Source: Camelus dromedarius (lineage: Eukaryota). From it: a stretch of 64,000 nucleotides of DNA. Below are positions 50,219 to 63,221 of the stretch, in pieces. Below the pieces are notes generated by a model, which ran no database searches, was not told the DNA's origin, and saw only the letters and a list, made by a program, of their open reading frames with translations. The DNA lies in assembly GCF_036321535.1 (NCBI RefSeq), contig NC_087436.1, positions 107,634,001 through 107,698,000 on the forward strand, in the 5' to 3' direction. How positions within the stretch are numbered: the stretch's first letter is position 1; every line of letters starts with the position of its first letter. Made by a program: the position numbers and the translations under genes.

Positions 50219-51989
50219 TTACAAAGAGAAAAGCAGAAGGGCTGCTTTGCCTTCCTTCCAACTATTGCTTTTTCCACTTCTTTAGGTGAAGAGAATATTT
50301 TCTGCCTTCTCTTGCCTGGGTTTTTCTGGGCTTTTATGGTTTCATTTTGATATGCTATTTCCTTTGGGTTTATCGCTGCACCCTTCCTGGGGCTCCTTCC
50401 CCAGCTAACTGTTTTATAAGAGATAGGCAAAGCCATCACAAAGGAGCCAAACAGAACCCAGTGGCCTGCAAAAGGCCTGCTGGTCCCGGCCACCTGCTAG
50501 AGGCATTGAGACTGAGCCCAGCGACACTTCCTTTGAAACAGAGCGATGCGCCTGCCATCCAAATCAAAGGTGCTTATAAAAAGAATTCCCTCTTTTGGAC
50601 CTAGGGTTTTTTTTCCCCCTCCCAGCTCCAGGTCCTGCTGTCTTCCTGCTGTCACAAGGGAGGGACCCACGGTCTTATCCCTGCTTTGAATGGCAAAAGC
50701 TTTAAATTGGAGTACCTTTTCCTGCTCAGCTTGCTGGAGCCAACTCTGTGTGTGGCTCCAAAAGCCTGGCCTGGAGCTGCAACCTACAGCTTTCCTTCCT
50801 GTTTTACTTTCTTTTCAGATGCAGTGTTTGCTCCTCCAGTATAAAAGTAACACGCGCTTCCTATAGGAAATCACTGTAGAAATACGCAGAGAGAAAAACC
50901 ACCACTCCCGGAGCCACTCTCCAAAGACAAACATTGTAAGTATGTTGGTACCTTTCCCTCTAGACTTGTTTTTAGCATCCTTAGGACGATTCCTGGCCTA
51001 TGTCCATGATTTTCCTATTCATCAGATATTGGGAATTCCCAAGTGAGATTTTATTTTTGAGTAAGAGTGCTCTAAGAGAGAGAGAGAAAGAAAGGGAGAA
51101 AACGGCTGGACAGAGAAGCAGCATAAAGCCAAGTACCCTGTGTGACATCAACTCATCTTTGTGAACTCCCAGGCTGATGCTTCCTTAGAATATTTCCCAT
51201 TTAGATTCCTCTATTAATTAGGAAGAGAAGTGGTGAGTCAGCAACTCCTTGAGGGCTAACGGCTCATCCCTTTGAGATGAATAGCTTTTCAGCGCCTTCA
51301 GCTACTCTTCTGAGTACTTCTGATGTGCAAGAGGCTGGGAACAGTTCATTTCTAGAAATTAGAGTTCTTCAAGGAAGCAATAAAGCACTGGCAGGCAGTT
51401 TGATAATGTGCAGAATGGAAAACATCGCCCTCTCTGGGCAGGCACGTGCAGGGGCAGGTGGTTGCCGGGCATGGAGTCCAGCCTCTACCCAACAGTCCTT
51501 TAAAGCATCTCTGGGCAGGGCATGACCCCTGCGGCCACCTACACTGGCTTGTGACATGGAGTGGGGAGTCAGGGAAACACAATATGAGGTTCACCCACCG
51601 TGGGTTTGCCTTTGGCCAGTCCCTCTCTCTTTGTGGGTTGGCTTCTTCCCTAGTACGAAGAGTGGCACAGAATGAAATGGCTCTCTAAGTGCTGTGTTAC
51701 ACATTCCAGGTAGAGAGCAAAATTACATCCACAGATGTACAGAGACATGTGGACCTGTTCTCCCGTCTCACCTGAGGTCCCACAGACCTGACAGCCTGCG
51801 AGAGGGTAGAGTCAGCCATCGACTGAGATTCTGAATCTGTTCCTCACTAGGTTTAAGTGACCTTGGGACATGTTATTTGACTTCTAAATCTCCTTTCACT
51901 GCTTTGTGAAAAGGAAATAATAATGTGTGTCACTTTACAGTTACTAAGAGGGTGCAATGGGGAAAAAAAGAATTACTTTAGTAATTAAT

Positions 51990-52450
51990 GAACCCAACAA
52001 ATATTTATTAAGTACCCACCATCTGCTGGGCACAGTTCCAGGCAAGCAGAAGAAAGTCTCTTTTCTTGGGAAGCTGCCATCCTTGTTGGGAGTGAGGGAG
52101 ACAGGAAAAAAACAGCTAAAAATGTCAGACAATAAAATGGGGCGATGGGACAGAAAGTGACGAGGTAGCCACTGCAGTCTGAGTAGTCAGGGAAGGCTTC
52201 TCTGAGGAGGTGACATTCAGGCTGAGAGGTGAATGGGGGGAGGGAACCAGACATGCCACAGGGGCTCAGGGAAGAGCATGTCAGGAGCAGGGAACAGTGC
52301 AAAGTGCACAGAAAGAAGGCAGCGGGCTTGGCATGTTCAGGACCGGAAGGGAAACCAGGATGGCTGGAGTATGGAAGGTGAGGAGAGTGGAGGTTCGACA
52401 AGTAGGAAGAGGCCAGACTCCAGAGGGCTTGATAAATCACGAAAGCAATT
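51990..52450 (-). mobile_element. L2 3' fragment
   Basis: CAACAAATATTTATTAAGTACCCACCAT...GGGAAGGCTTCTCTGAGGAGGTGACATT. Confidence 0.8.
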
Positions 52451-53807
52451 TGGAAGAGGGAGAGCCTACACCATTCTTGGCCCAAAGTTATACTTGAAAG
52501 AGGAACTTAGCTGAAAATGAGAAGAAAAGAATGTTCTGGAGGGACCTGTTTCCTCCTAACCGTGAAAGATGAAGGTGCAAGTGTTATCAAACACTGCTGT
52601 GCCAGGGGGTTTCCAGAGCAGAGCGTCTGCCTCGTCACACAGAAGCCCTGGGGGGAGACGGGCCTGCCCATCCTCAGAGGAGTCGCAGTCAGTCCCGTCC
52701 CCGAGCATGAGGAAGGGACTGCAGAGAGACACTAGAGTCACAAAAGAAACCTCGAAATAGATTCAGTGGGAGATGCAAATTCAGTTCAGAGCAGGCCTCC
52801 CGAAGTCTCGAAGCTTCAAAGACTCCTCTGGGAGGACATAGGGGAGGGGAACCGAAGGCAGAGCAGACAGCTTGATGAACACAAGCTGAGCCCTGCAGGC
52901 TACTCCAAGAAAGGGGGTCTTAGTCAAAGGGGAAAGCCCCCAGATTGCAGACTTTTTTGCCTTCCATAATTCATAGTATTATTCTTCTGTTTCTGAGTTG
53001 CTATCAGATCCACCCTGGGCCTTTCAGGCCTGAGAGGAAGAGAACCTTCCTCCTCTTCTTGTTTACAAAGTCCCCTGGAGCCGTGCCTCAGTCAGCTCCC
53101 AGGATTTTAAGGAAGGCTTCTGTTCCAGATGAGAAGTAATTACAGCTCCTGGTTTCCAACCGTCCCCGGGGCAGCTCAGGCAGTTAATTGGCTCTGCCAT
53201 CTTGGCCTGGTTGCCCGGGGCTTCCTACACCCTTCTGCTCCGCCTCCTACACTGTGGGGAATTTTCACAGTTACTTCAAAAGGGTGGGTTTCCCATCAGG
53301 CAGCAAGTGATTGCCAGGCCTCTGCAGCCACCTCAGCTGGCTGGCTGTGGGCTTCAAGAGGGCGGGCCATTCGGTAGCCTCTGAGACGTTTCCATGAGTG
53401 TTAAATGAGGCCCGGCTGAAAAACCCAGACCCTGAGTGAGGGGGCTTATTCTGCGCCACAGGAAGGGCCTGGGGAAGTTTCTCTGGTTTATTGAGGCCCT
53501 AGTGAAGACCAAAGGAGCCTCAAGTTTGTCCCAAGATGATGGTATTACTTAAAAACAGCTTGGGAAATAGTGTTTTCAAAACACTTTATAATGGAGAATT
53601 TCAAACACACCAGAAGACTGTTACAATAACCCTCCATGTGCTCATTGTCTCAATAATTATTAATATTTTGCCAATCTTTTTTTTTTATCTGTTTCTATTT
53701 TCCCCTCTCCCCCCTTTTTTTTCCTTTGCAGTTGTGAGTCATCGTGTTATCTCATCCTTAAATCTTCAGGGAATGTAGATTCTCCAGTAGAAAATTTACC
53801 CTATGAC

Positions 53808-54245
53808 ATCGTTGCAGGTGGGGTTCCCCAGAAGCCAACTTCGAGGCGAGGAGTATCCGGCGGGCAGAACGCTTACTGGGAGGTTGCAGGAGCCGCGTTT
53901 GCAGGACCGAAGGAAAGGGTGCAGGACCTGGCTGTTAGGCACGTTCTGTAAAGGACTCAGCCGGGCCCCGTGAAAAGCTGCAAAACTGAGCACTTCTTAG
54001 TTGCCCAGGGTCTGGGGAGAAGCCTGGGCCTTTATCCTCTCACGTGCTCCTGTATTGACCCGGCTGTCCCCAGGAAGTGGGGGTAACCTGGCACGAGGTG
54101 TCTCTCGTCAGCCAACAGCAATTTGAAGGCAGTGCCTGGAGATGGCAGATAGCAGGTGGCTGTTAGCTGGCAGGACTCCCAGCAGCACAGGGAATAACCT
54201 TTCATTTCTGAAGGGGGATTAGAATGGCTCATCACAGGCCCCACC
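53808..54245 (-). mobile_element. ERVL-type LTR (LTR16/LTR33-like)
   Basis: GGGTTCCCCAGAAGCCAACTTCGAGGCGAGGAG...TTACTGGGAGG resembles the recalled antisense LTR16/33 start. Confidence 0.55.
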
Positions 54246-54420
54246 AAGACATTGTTAAGCCCAACAAAACGACCAAATAACTCTTTGCTGTTATCTAATA
54301 TTATCTAAGCAAGGTCCATAAAGGGAAGAGTTACGTTAAATTAAGTTAAAAGATTCCTTTAGAGCAGATCTATTATGAATTTTAAATATGCAAATAGACA
54401 TCATGGCTCTCTTAAGAAGA

Positions 54421-54564
54421 TTCTTTTTTTTAAAGTCCTGTTTTGTTTGTTTTTGGGGGGAGGTAATTTGGTTTATTTATTTATTTCAATGGAGGTGCTG
54501 GAGATTGAACCCAGGACTTCTTGCATGCTAAGAACGCATTCTACTGTTGACCTATATCCTCCCC
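54421..54564 (-). mobile_element. tRNA-Ala-derived camelid SINE (vic-1 type)
   Basis: Reverse complement GGGGAGGATATAGGTCAACAGTAGAATGCGTTCTTAGCATGCAAGAAGTCCTGGGTTCAATCTCCAGCACCTCC: A/B boxes, AGC anticodon-like loop, then (AAAT)n, ATTACCTCCCCCC and A-tail. Confidence 0.85.
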
Positions 54565-55759
54565 AGCCCCTGCGGGAGGGCTCTTAAATGTGCAGCATTT
54601 ACAAAATTTATTTGATCACCTAACATGTTTTTGGTTTTGCTTTAATTTTTAGGTTTGAGGACATATCTCAAGAAAGCAATGCCCTGGACAATTTAATAAA
54701 CAAGGAAAGAAGCAGCTCCTATTTTACAGTGTTGGAGAACAGCTAAGCCAAGACTGTCCTGCCCGGTGAGGAAGCTGACTGGAGTGGAGCCACAGTAAGA
54801 ATAATAGAGTGTATTGCTACCGATGCTACAGTACCTTCTAAGACAGCTACGAGTTGCATGACCATCCAAAGACACTTTGCTGTTAGAAAAGGATGCGTGC
54901 TAAAAATACTGTGCATTTTATCACATCAACAGCCTTTCACTAACAGCTTTTTGATATGGTCATTTTCGCACAGCGGAAGGGTGGCAGAAAATGTCGTGAC
55001 TGATGAAGACTCTCTTTGTGGATACTGGGAAGTTATTTTTAGGTTGTTACAAAGCCTCATGTATAATTGCTACCCCAACCTTAAGAGGCTGGTGTTGGAG
55101 ACCAACGAACTGGCAAGAAGGGGTTAGTGAAAGGTTCATAAATCGATAGACTGCAGTTGTGTGCACAGCATGGGGCCAGGCATTGGAATCGATAAAGGAG
55201 AAAACAGTTTGCTTCCCCAGGAACTTATACAGGAATGATGAAGGGAAAGACATGGTTAACACAACGGAGTGAAACAAGTAAACAGTTTTCTGCAATCAGT
55301 TTTCATTTTGTTGTATGCTTGTTTTGTTGTATGGCTTTTTAACAAATATTACTTCAATTACTGTGTATATGTATATATTCCTATTTCATAGACAGAGGTA
55401 GAGAAAATTCTTAATCATGCAGCTAATTAATGAAAAGGTTGGAAACACAATCCAGACAGTTTGTGGTAACTGTCTTCTAGCTGTAGGAGATAATGGTGAA
55501 GTTCAGTGAGTGTTAATCAGGAAGAGCTGAAGGGGAGTATTGGTGTCTGGAATGACAGATGCAACTGACATAAATCTCTCTTGCTTCGCTGATTTAAGGT
55601 GTTGTATCTCCTTCTCTCGGAGGTGAGACTCTAGACTTACGTGTGGGGGTTTATAATCTGGGAGGAATGCTTTTCTCTCTGTATCTATCGGGGAACTGAG
55701 GTGTTTTCTGAACACCTGGGGGCTCCTATACCGGTCCACTGTGAGAGGTGGCACAGTGC

Positions 55760-55980
55760 GGAAAGAGAGCACAGATCAGAAGACTGAAATGACTACTTGT
55801 AGATTCCGGCTCTACTCATTAGCAGTGTGTTTTTGTGCATTACATTCAGAGCTCTAGTTTTATGATCCATGAAATGGGCGTAATAATGCCTACATTCCCA
55901 TGGGGTGTTTATGGGGATTAAATGATGTGTTTTCATGCCTAGGATGACTTGACACCTGGCAGACACTAAGTAAATATTAA
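55760..55980 (+). mobile_element. MIR SINE
   Basis: GATTCCGGCTCTACTCATTAGCAGTGTG...GGGATTAAATGATG...CCTGGCAGACACTAAG. Confidence 0.7.
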
Positions 55981-56324
55981 TTTTCTTTCTCCTATCCCTC
56001 ATTAAATCACACCTCTCCATCACAAGAAGTTTTTAGTACCAGAAGCACAGAATGATCTTTCCCATAAAAGCCAGAATTTCTGTCCTTCTTCCCTTCTCCC
56101 ATCTTAGTTCCTGGGAATCTGTGCAGCATACACTGCTAAAGGTCAGCTCTGTGCCTACTGAATTATTCTATTTCTTAGTAGATGAGCCTCTGAAAGATTC
56201 ATGTTTTTCTTCTTTATCTTATTCAGAGTTCTTCTATTCAGCATTGAATACTAATAATGGAAGCTACAATTTCTTGGGTGGTTACTACATGCCAGGTAAG
56301 TGTTCGACAGGCAATAAAAACTAA

Positions 56325-56383
<59 letters not shown>

Positions 56384-56389
56384 TAATAA
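56325..56389. repeat. (AAT)n microsatellite inside a MIR
   Basis: Direct reading, about 20 units with AAC interruptions at the end. Confidence 0.97.
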
Positions 56390-57114
56390 CTTTATGAGCT
56401 AGATCCTGTCATTATTCCCATTATAGTGATGACACTTTTGAGTCTTGGGTTGAGTAATCTGCCCCAGATCATAGAGCTGGTTAGTGATGCACAGACCTTC
56501 AAACCAGTTGTTTGTTATACCAAAGAATGAGAGGTAAAATCTTTGAGTGACAGAAAGCTTGTGTCTTGGACTTTTACAATCCTAGTGAGCTAGGATCAGC
56601 TGGGCATAGTGCAAAGAGAGAGCTGGCTATTGGAGGACCTGGATTTGAGCCTTGTTTCAGTATACTCTGGCCAGATCCCTTAGCTAGAAATGCAGCTCAA
56701 GTTTGCTTTAGCAAATAAATGAAATTTATTGACTTCAATCTCTCTCTCTCTAACTCTGCTTCTGTTAGTCAGCCTTTTTCTCATATTGAAGATACTGTCC
56801 AAAATTGGCCGAGGAAATTTGCCAGAAATAGCTTTGACTTAATTTTTCCCAAAGCTTGTGATCACAGAGATAGAAAGAAGACACAATTCCATAAGATCCA
56901 CCAAGTTCTGGTCCCCAAACTAATCTGTCTGGACAGGAGGATGGAGGACTCTCATTAGCTTGACCAAGGTCATGTTCCTATAACCCTTGGGACTGGGTAG
57001 AATGGAGGGCAAGTTAAATCCCATTGAAAATATGTGGAATGGGATGTGAGACATTGAGCAGAAAAAGACTTTTTTCCTCAGTACTGTGTCACTTAAAACC
57101 TATCAAAGCTTAAG

Positions 57115-57547
57115 TGTTGATTTGTAACCTAAGAAGTTCCCCAGATAAAATTCACAACTGGACCCCATGCACGGAAGGCAAGGACAGACTGAAGAAAGAG
57201 GCTGCCACTCCAAATTGGCAGGTGACCATTTTAAAAAACAAGGGGACTTATATACGAGGCTTGTCTAGGGTGGCCCCAGGATGGGTAGATCTCTGAATCC
57301 ACTGCTAGAACCTTAACGTTTATACAGAGGCCGTAACTGGGTTCAGTCACGTATACCACCCAGACGGTCTCAACAACACGTACCCTCCCAAGGGTATGGG
57401 CATCCTTGAAAACAGCTCCCACTGTGGGAACGGTGGGCAGAGTGTAATTACCGAGGATGGGGAGGGGGTAAGTAAGAGCCTCCAACTGCCCCGGTCCGGC
57501 TCATGGCTCAGATGGGGGCCATATCCTCTCAGTGACCTCCTCCAACC
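57115..57547 (-). mobile_element. ERVL-type solo LTR (MER74/MER73-like) with 5-bp TSD
   Basis: Begins TGTTGA, ends CCAACC; TTAAG at 57110-57114 and 57548-57552; family name tentative. Confidence 0.7.
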
Positions 57548-58599
57548 TTAAGTAAGTCATTTCTCTTTAAATTCCAGTCTCTTCAACTATAAAAGGAGAG
57601 CGGTACTTTTCCTTGTAAAGTCGTTAGAAGGGAGAAATAAAATAATACATTAGAAGGAAAGTCCTTTGGAAACTTCCAAGCCTGTGGAAACACGACTGCA
57701 AACTAGAACCTCTGAAAACTTGCTGATCCTCTAGCAGCCTTTGCTTTGACATATGACTTAGTTTTAGGAGCTTCCTTGACATTTAGAAATAGCAAGTCAT
57801 GAACCACACTAAATTAATAAAAATGTATGTATCACCATTCTAGTACATAGGCTTGCATTCTTTAGCCTGAAAAGAGGAGGGGAAATGGGAGTATCAAAAA
57901 AAAAAAATCTGGGAAACACTTATTTTTATCTTATGTCTGCTAAAGTCACTGCCAATGTACAGCTTAATTTCAGGTTTACCTTAAAATGTCTCTGCTAAAA
58001 GGTAAAAGCTGAGTAACGAGCCTGTGGATAAAAATAGAGGGTTTTTACAAAGGGAAAATACAAAGCAAGAACACAAAGCTCAGAGACATGTGGGTGGAAA
58101 TAAAGCTGTGAGTGGCTCGTGCACTTTAAGGTAAATCGAAACTTTGCCTGAGGTTATGAACCTAGGGGAGAAGGCAGTGCTTCCTTCTTCAAATGATTAG
58201 AATTTAACAGTGAGTCTTACTCTTACTACAACCCTCCAGCTAATCAAAGTGAACATCAGGTTCTTGGCCTAACAATCAAGAAGAAAATCTTGAATTTCTG
58301 TAGCTGTAGCTGCCTGCTCTAGGTGGAGAATTCTAAAATCTATTTATGAGAAAGCCATCTTCAGAGATTTCCCCAGGTGATGAATTATTTCCCCTGGTTC
58401 TATGCTTCCAAAATATATCAAGTTCACTTAGGAAATTATATATTTCTTAACACTGTAGTCATTGTTTTTCAGACACCTAGAATTTTCTAGGTTCTTTTAA
58501 TGTTAGTTAATGGAATGGCTAAAGAATTGAAGAGGAAAAATAATGGCTGAATACTAGGGTTAAGACCAGGACTGATTTACTAATGAGATCTACATTCTG

Positions 58600-59340
58600 A
58601 TTCTAACTCAGTCAATATTCATTCAAAGAATAAATGTGTGAGCATTAGGGTCCATCCTGGGTTCCAGGGATACAGTTTTGACCCAAATATTGTTCTTGTT
58701 TTTGAGAAGCTCATACTTAATCATCTGAGGGAGACGCACAATAAAGGTAATATCACATATGTGGTGATCACTCTGATAAACAATTAAATAGGGTAAAGGG
58801 ACTAGAGGAGTGTTGAGTACTATTTCAGAGGGTGGTCAAAGAAGAGGTCTATGAGGGGTTAGTATTTGAAATAAATCTTGATGGAAGTGAGAGAGCAAGA
58901 CTTGAGAATTTGGGGGAAGAATGTTTCCAGAAGCAAAATTGGTATGTGCAAAGGCCCTGAGGCAGAAGCATACTTGACTTATTTGAAGAACCAACAAGAA
59001 AATCAGAGTGGTGAGAGAGGATTAAGCTAGGAAAGTAGGAATGAGAGGTGAGAAATATTGGAGAGCAAGCTGGAGGCTATATTACACGGGGTCTTATAGG
59101 CCTTGGTAAAACTTTCTATTTTATTGCTGTGTAATGGAAAGCCACTTGGGGGCTCAGACAGAGGAATGACATGAAGTAATTTGTGTTTCAGAAAGATCAC
59201 TCCAGCTACAATACGGACCACAGACAGTGAGGAGTAGAGGTAGAAACAGGAAGATCAGCAGGTGATTATTACAGTAATTTAGGATGTTTAGGATGTTTAG
59301 GATGTACACAGTGTGGTGAGAAATGGTTTTATTTGAGGTA
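58600..59340 (-). mobile_element. L2 3' fragment
   Basis: TGTGCAAAGGCCCTGAGGCAG, AATGGAAAGCCACTTGGGGG, TTCAGAAAGATCACTCCAGCT. Confidence 0.8.
59278..59304. repeat. (TTTAGGATG)3 tandem repeat
   Basis: Three perfect 9-bp copies. Confidence 0.9.
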
Positions 59341-59954
59341 TTTTATGTAGGAAAGGGCAGTGGATTTGATGTGGTTTTTCTGTTGTGGAACTCTAGTCAT
59401 ATGTGTGACTTCGGGAGATGATAAAATATAGTGGACATTATTTTAAAAGTTTTCAAACATCCACATGGTAAAATGAATAGTACAGTGAACTGTGTATTCA
59501 CCACTTGGATTTTACAGTTATTATGATTTTACCCATCTTATTTTGCCTATGTCTTCCCACCACTCTTTTTTCTCTTTCTGGACTGTTAAAACAGACCCTA
59601 GACATCATGTCATTTCATCTCTCAGTATTTTAGTATGTATTGTCAACAAACAAGACCTCTAAAAAACCCCATAATATCACACATAAAATGCACAATATTA
59701 ACCTAACAAAGTTAATAAATATTTATTACCATTTAAAATCAATGTATGTTCAGGTTTTCCGAGTGCTTTCTAAAAAGTGTGTTTTTACAGTTGGTTTGAT
59801 CAAATTAGGATGCAAAGAATGCTCACCCATTGCCGTGGGCTCATAAATCTCTTTAATCTATAATCACCTACATCTTCCCATATTTTGTTTATTTATTTAT
59901 AATTTTTTTGGTTTTATTTTACCTCTTTAAGACTGTATCTTTTTATATGTACAT

Positions 59955-60065
59955 TTTTTACTTTTATTTTTTTATTGAAGTACAGTCAATTACAATGTGC
60001 CAAATTCTGGTGTACAGCATAAAGTCCCAGTCTTGCATACACATATACATATATTCATGTATTTT
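59955..60065 (-). mobile_element. Young L1 3' end
   Basis: TTTTTATTGAAGTACAGTCAATTACAATGTGCCAAATTCTGGTGTACAGCAT. Confidence 0.8.
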
Positions 60066-60910
60066 TTTAAAGAGAATTTTTAGGTTTACAACAAAATTGA
60101 GAGGAAGGCACTGACATTTCCCATATACCCCATGACCCTACACATGCGTAGCTTCCCCTGTTGTCAACATCCCCCACTAGAGTGGTACCTTTGTTACAAC
60201 TGATGAACCTACATTGATATCTCAAGATTACCCAAAGTCCATTGTTTACCTTAGGGTTCATTCTGGGTGTCAAACCCATTCTATGGGTTAGGACAAATGT
60301 ATAATGACACGCATCCATCATTATGGTATCACACGAGCATTTTCAGTGCCCTAAAAATCCTCTCTGCTCTGCCTGTTCATCCCTTCCCCCTGCCCCAACC
60401 TCTCACAACCACTGATCTTTTTCCTATCTCTATAGTTTTACTTTTTCCAGAATCTCCTATAGTTGGAATCATGTAGTTTGCAGGCTTTTCAGATTGACTT
60501 CTTTCACTTAGGAATGTGCATTTAAGTTTCTTCCATGTCTTTTCATGCCTTAATAGCTCCTAATTTTTCAGTGCTGAATAATATTCCATTGTCTGGATGT
60601 ATCACAGGTTATCTACCCATTCATCTACTTAAGGACATCTTGGTTGCCTCCAAGTTTGGGCAGTTATGAATACAGCTGCTAGAAATATCCATGTGCAGGT
60701 TTGTGTGTGGATATACATTGTCAGCTCCTTTAGGTAAATACCAAGGTGTGTGATTGTTGACCATACGGTGAGAGTAGGTCTACTTCTGTAAGAAACTACT
60801 GTCTTCCAAAGTGGCTATACCATTTTGATTTCCCAGTAGCAATAAATAAGAATTCCTGTTTCTCTACATTCTCACTGGTATTTGGTGTTGTCAGGGTCCT
60901 AGATTTGGGC
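60066..60910 (-). mobile_element. L1 (L1MB/MC-like) ORF2 end and 3' UTR
   Basis: AGTGGTACCTTTGTTACAACTGATGAACCTACATTGA; GGACATCTTGGTTGCCTCCAAGTTTGGGCAGTTATGAA; GTCTTCCAAAGTGGCTATACCATTT. Confidence 0.88.
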
Positions 60911-61084
60911 AGTCCTTATATTTTTCTCTGCCTTTTTTTGGTTGAGAATCATGAGTTATTTGCCCTTTAAGAATTTCTCATCTACTAAATTTGGCTGATT
61001 GCAACATGTGGCACTTGAAAAAATGTTTCTTTTTCTCCTAATTTACTGCAAACCTGTTAGCTAGATCTAGAAGCTTAATTTTAT

Positions 61085-61093
61085 ACACATATG

Positions 61094-61130
<37 letters not shown>

Positions 61131-61132
61131 AT
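61085..61132. repeat. Compound (TA)n(TG)n microsatellite
   Basis: Direct reading. Confidence 0.92.
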
Positions 61133-61190
61133 ACATTTGTTTTTTGGCAGGGACAGGGCCAGAAAATTTCATAGGTAGCACTATTGCATC

Positions 61191-61558
61191 ATCAATTCAA
61201 ATAGAGGTAAACTGAGGCAAGCTTGAATTCCCAGAAATTGAGTTTATTCAGGAATAACAGGAATTGCAATTCAGGAGACAGAATTGTGGCAAAACACAGG
61301 TGAGTCCTGTTGAGAGTATGTGGTGGGCTGTTTTTATGGGTGAGGAATGCAAAAAGGGTAGAGTCCAGCCAGAGTGCAAGCAGCAAGTTCACTGGCTTGA
61401 GGATGGAGAGAGATTCTTGGTTGATAGACTACACTGAGGTATAAGTCTCAAGTTTTCTGTAAACCAGGCGTGTCTCAGCCCTTCAATTTCCTTTTTCTGA
61501 GGACGCGTGCGTGAGCGTCTCCATTTCATCTCCTCCGCTTCCGTTTTAGATTGAAACA
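61191..61558 (-). mobile_element. ERV-type LTR, antisense
   Basis: GAGTTTATTCAGG (antisense AATAAA) near the left end, GTTTTTATGGG TATA-like motif, right end ...TTGAAACA. Confidence 0.55.
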
Positions 61559-61645
61559 CTTTCGCAGCCTGAGAGGAGAAATGATGGCTACTTTGGTGAA
61601 GATAAACAGCCTTTTCACATTCGTGAGGTTAAAACTGATCAGGGG

Positions 61646-62246
61646 TGTGGTAGCCCAGATCGTGCCCCGACTCTCCAAAGATACCTGCACCCGCATCCTG
61701 GAACCTGGAGAGGGCGTTGTAGAGGTAATGAAGGTCACGGAGCTCCAGAGAGGAGAGGAGCCCAGGTGGCTTCAATCCAATCACACGAGACCTTAAGGGC
61801 AGAGAACTTTTCCCAGCAGAACTCAGAAGGAGCTGGAGAACCGTGGTCGGAGGAGGTCGGAGGGGAGGCGGAGAGACGCAAGCCTGGCGAAAGTCTGGGG
61901 AATTGTGTGCTCCTGGCAGTGAGACCAGGGGCCCGGAGCGGGCCTCTGCGGAGCTAAGGGTGGTACCCACCGCAGAGCCAGCCAGGAAACCCGGCATCAG
62001 CCCTTCCGCTGCAGGGAACTGTGTTCCGCCAACAACCTGAATCAGCTTGCAAGTAATTCTCCGCCAGCCTTCCAGTCACAGCCCTGGCCCTCGGACACCC
62101 TGCTTCTGGCCTAAGTGCTGCTGCAGAGAAACCAGTGGAGCCCACCTGAACTCTTCAGCTACAGAACGGTGAGATAATAAATTTTGTGTTGCTCTGAGCT
62201 GCTAAATTTGTGGTGTATGGTTCGACAGCACGAGATAACGAATACG
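61646..62246 (+). mobile_element. MaLR solo LTR (MLT1E-like)
   Basis: Starts TGTGGTAGCC, ends GATAACGAATACG; GAGATAATAAATTTTGTGTTG; 5-bp TSD AGGGG / AGTGG. Confidence 0.82.
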
Positions 62247-63221
62247 AGTGGATGCAGGTGTCGTTGAGTCTGATCCCGCCATTTTGAAGTTCTCCGTGCA
62301 TCTGTTGCCTCATGGTTTCAGCAGCTGTAGATGATTGTTGTTCAGAGCTGTTGTCATTAATGGTTACCAAATGGTGATTCTTCTTATTCTGTCATTCCTT
62401 CTGCATTCAGTAGCTGGAACTCGTCTCTAATGAACTTTTGTCAATAATTTAGTTTCTCTGAAAACATTTGGATATGAAAAGCAGAATAAATGCCTTATGT
62501 TTTCTCTTTATTTGGTTTCAGAATGCTGAAATAGTGGTTTTGCTATGATTTAAGGCGACCAATTAGTTTTTTTGTTGTGTCGTAAGTAGTATGAATTTGT
62601 GGAGTTTTATATATTTGTGTATTTCAGCCACATTGCTGTCATTAATTTCTTTTTGGTGCTTAAATGGCCCCATTTTTGGCCGGTGGACCCCCCTTCAAGT
62701 TCAATCCTGTGTCTTTTTGTCAAGGCCTCATTATATATGATAGCATTCTTACATTCAGGCCCTACAAAATCTCCTTTATCTTGTTTATCTCGTTCATTTT
62801 GTGCCCCAGACACTGTACTGTTTCTCCGAGAATTCTTTGTGTTTTTTTGGGTGTTGAGAGATGAAAATCTGGGTGCTTAGGGGTGCTTTTGTCATTGCTT
62901 CAAAGTCTTCTCAGACAGAGGTAGGAGGTGTTTTTTAGAAATTTCAAACAATAATACATTTATATTCAGTTTCTAAATCAAAGGTTACAATATGTGGTTT
63001 ATACTTGGAGTTTTATACTTCAGTCTTTGATAAAAATTTTGGCTTCTGACAATGTTAATATAATTATTGGCTTTTTCTATTATCTAACAATGCAAATATT
63101 ACTATTGCTAACAAAATTGCTGAATCTGGTTTAAGATTTCTCTGCAGTTTTTTTGTTGTGGTTGTGGTTGTAGTTGTTAGAATTTAGCCCTTTAGGGAAG
63201 TATGATGAGAATATTGGTTTT

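Noticed and set aside
50197..50493. Lys/Arg-rich minus-strand ORF as continuation of RPS6 beyond the LTR
   Set aside because: No similarity to the upstream RPS6 sequence (…[24 protein letters not shown]…).
54500..54564. tRNA-Ala gene
   Set aside because: Degenerate stems and a SINE body/tail follow; it is a SINE head, not a tRNA.
54653..54795. Apparent exon (TTTTTAG ... GTAAGA) reading FEDISQESNALDNLINKERSSS
   Set aside because: In-frame stop before the donor, and the 5' part resembles the end of a decayed hAT-type DNA transposon; no recognisable protein.
59278..59304. Telomere-like repeat
   Set aside because: Unit is TTTAGGATG, not TTAGGG; a local slippage triplication within an L2.
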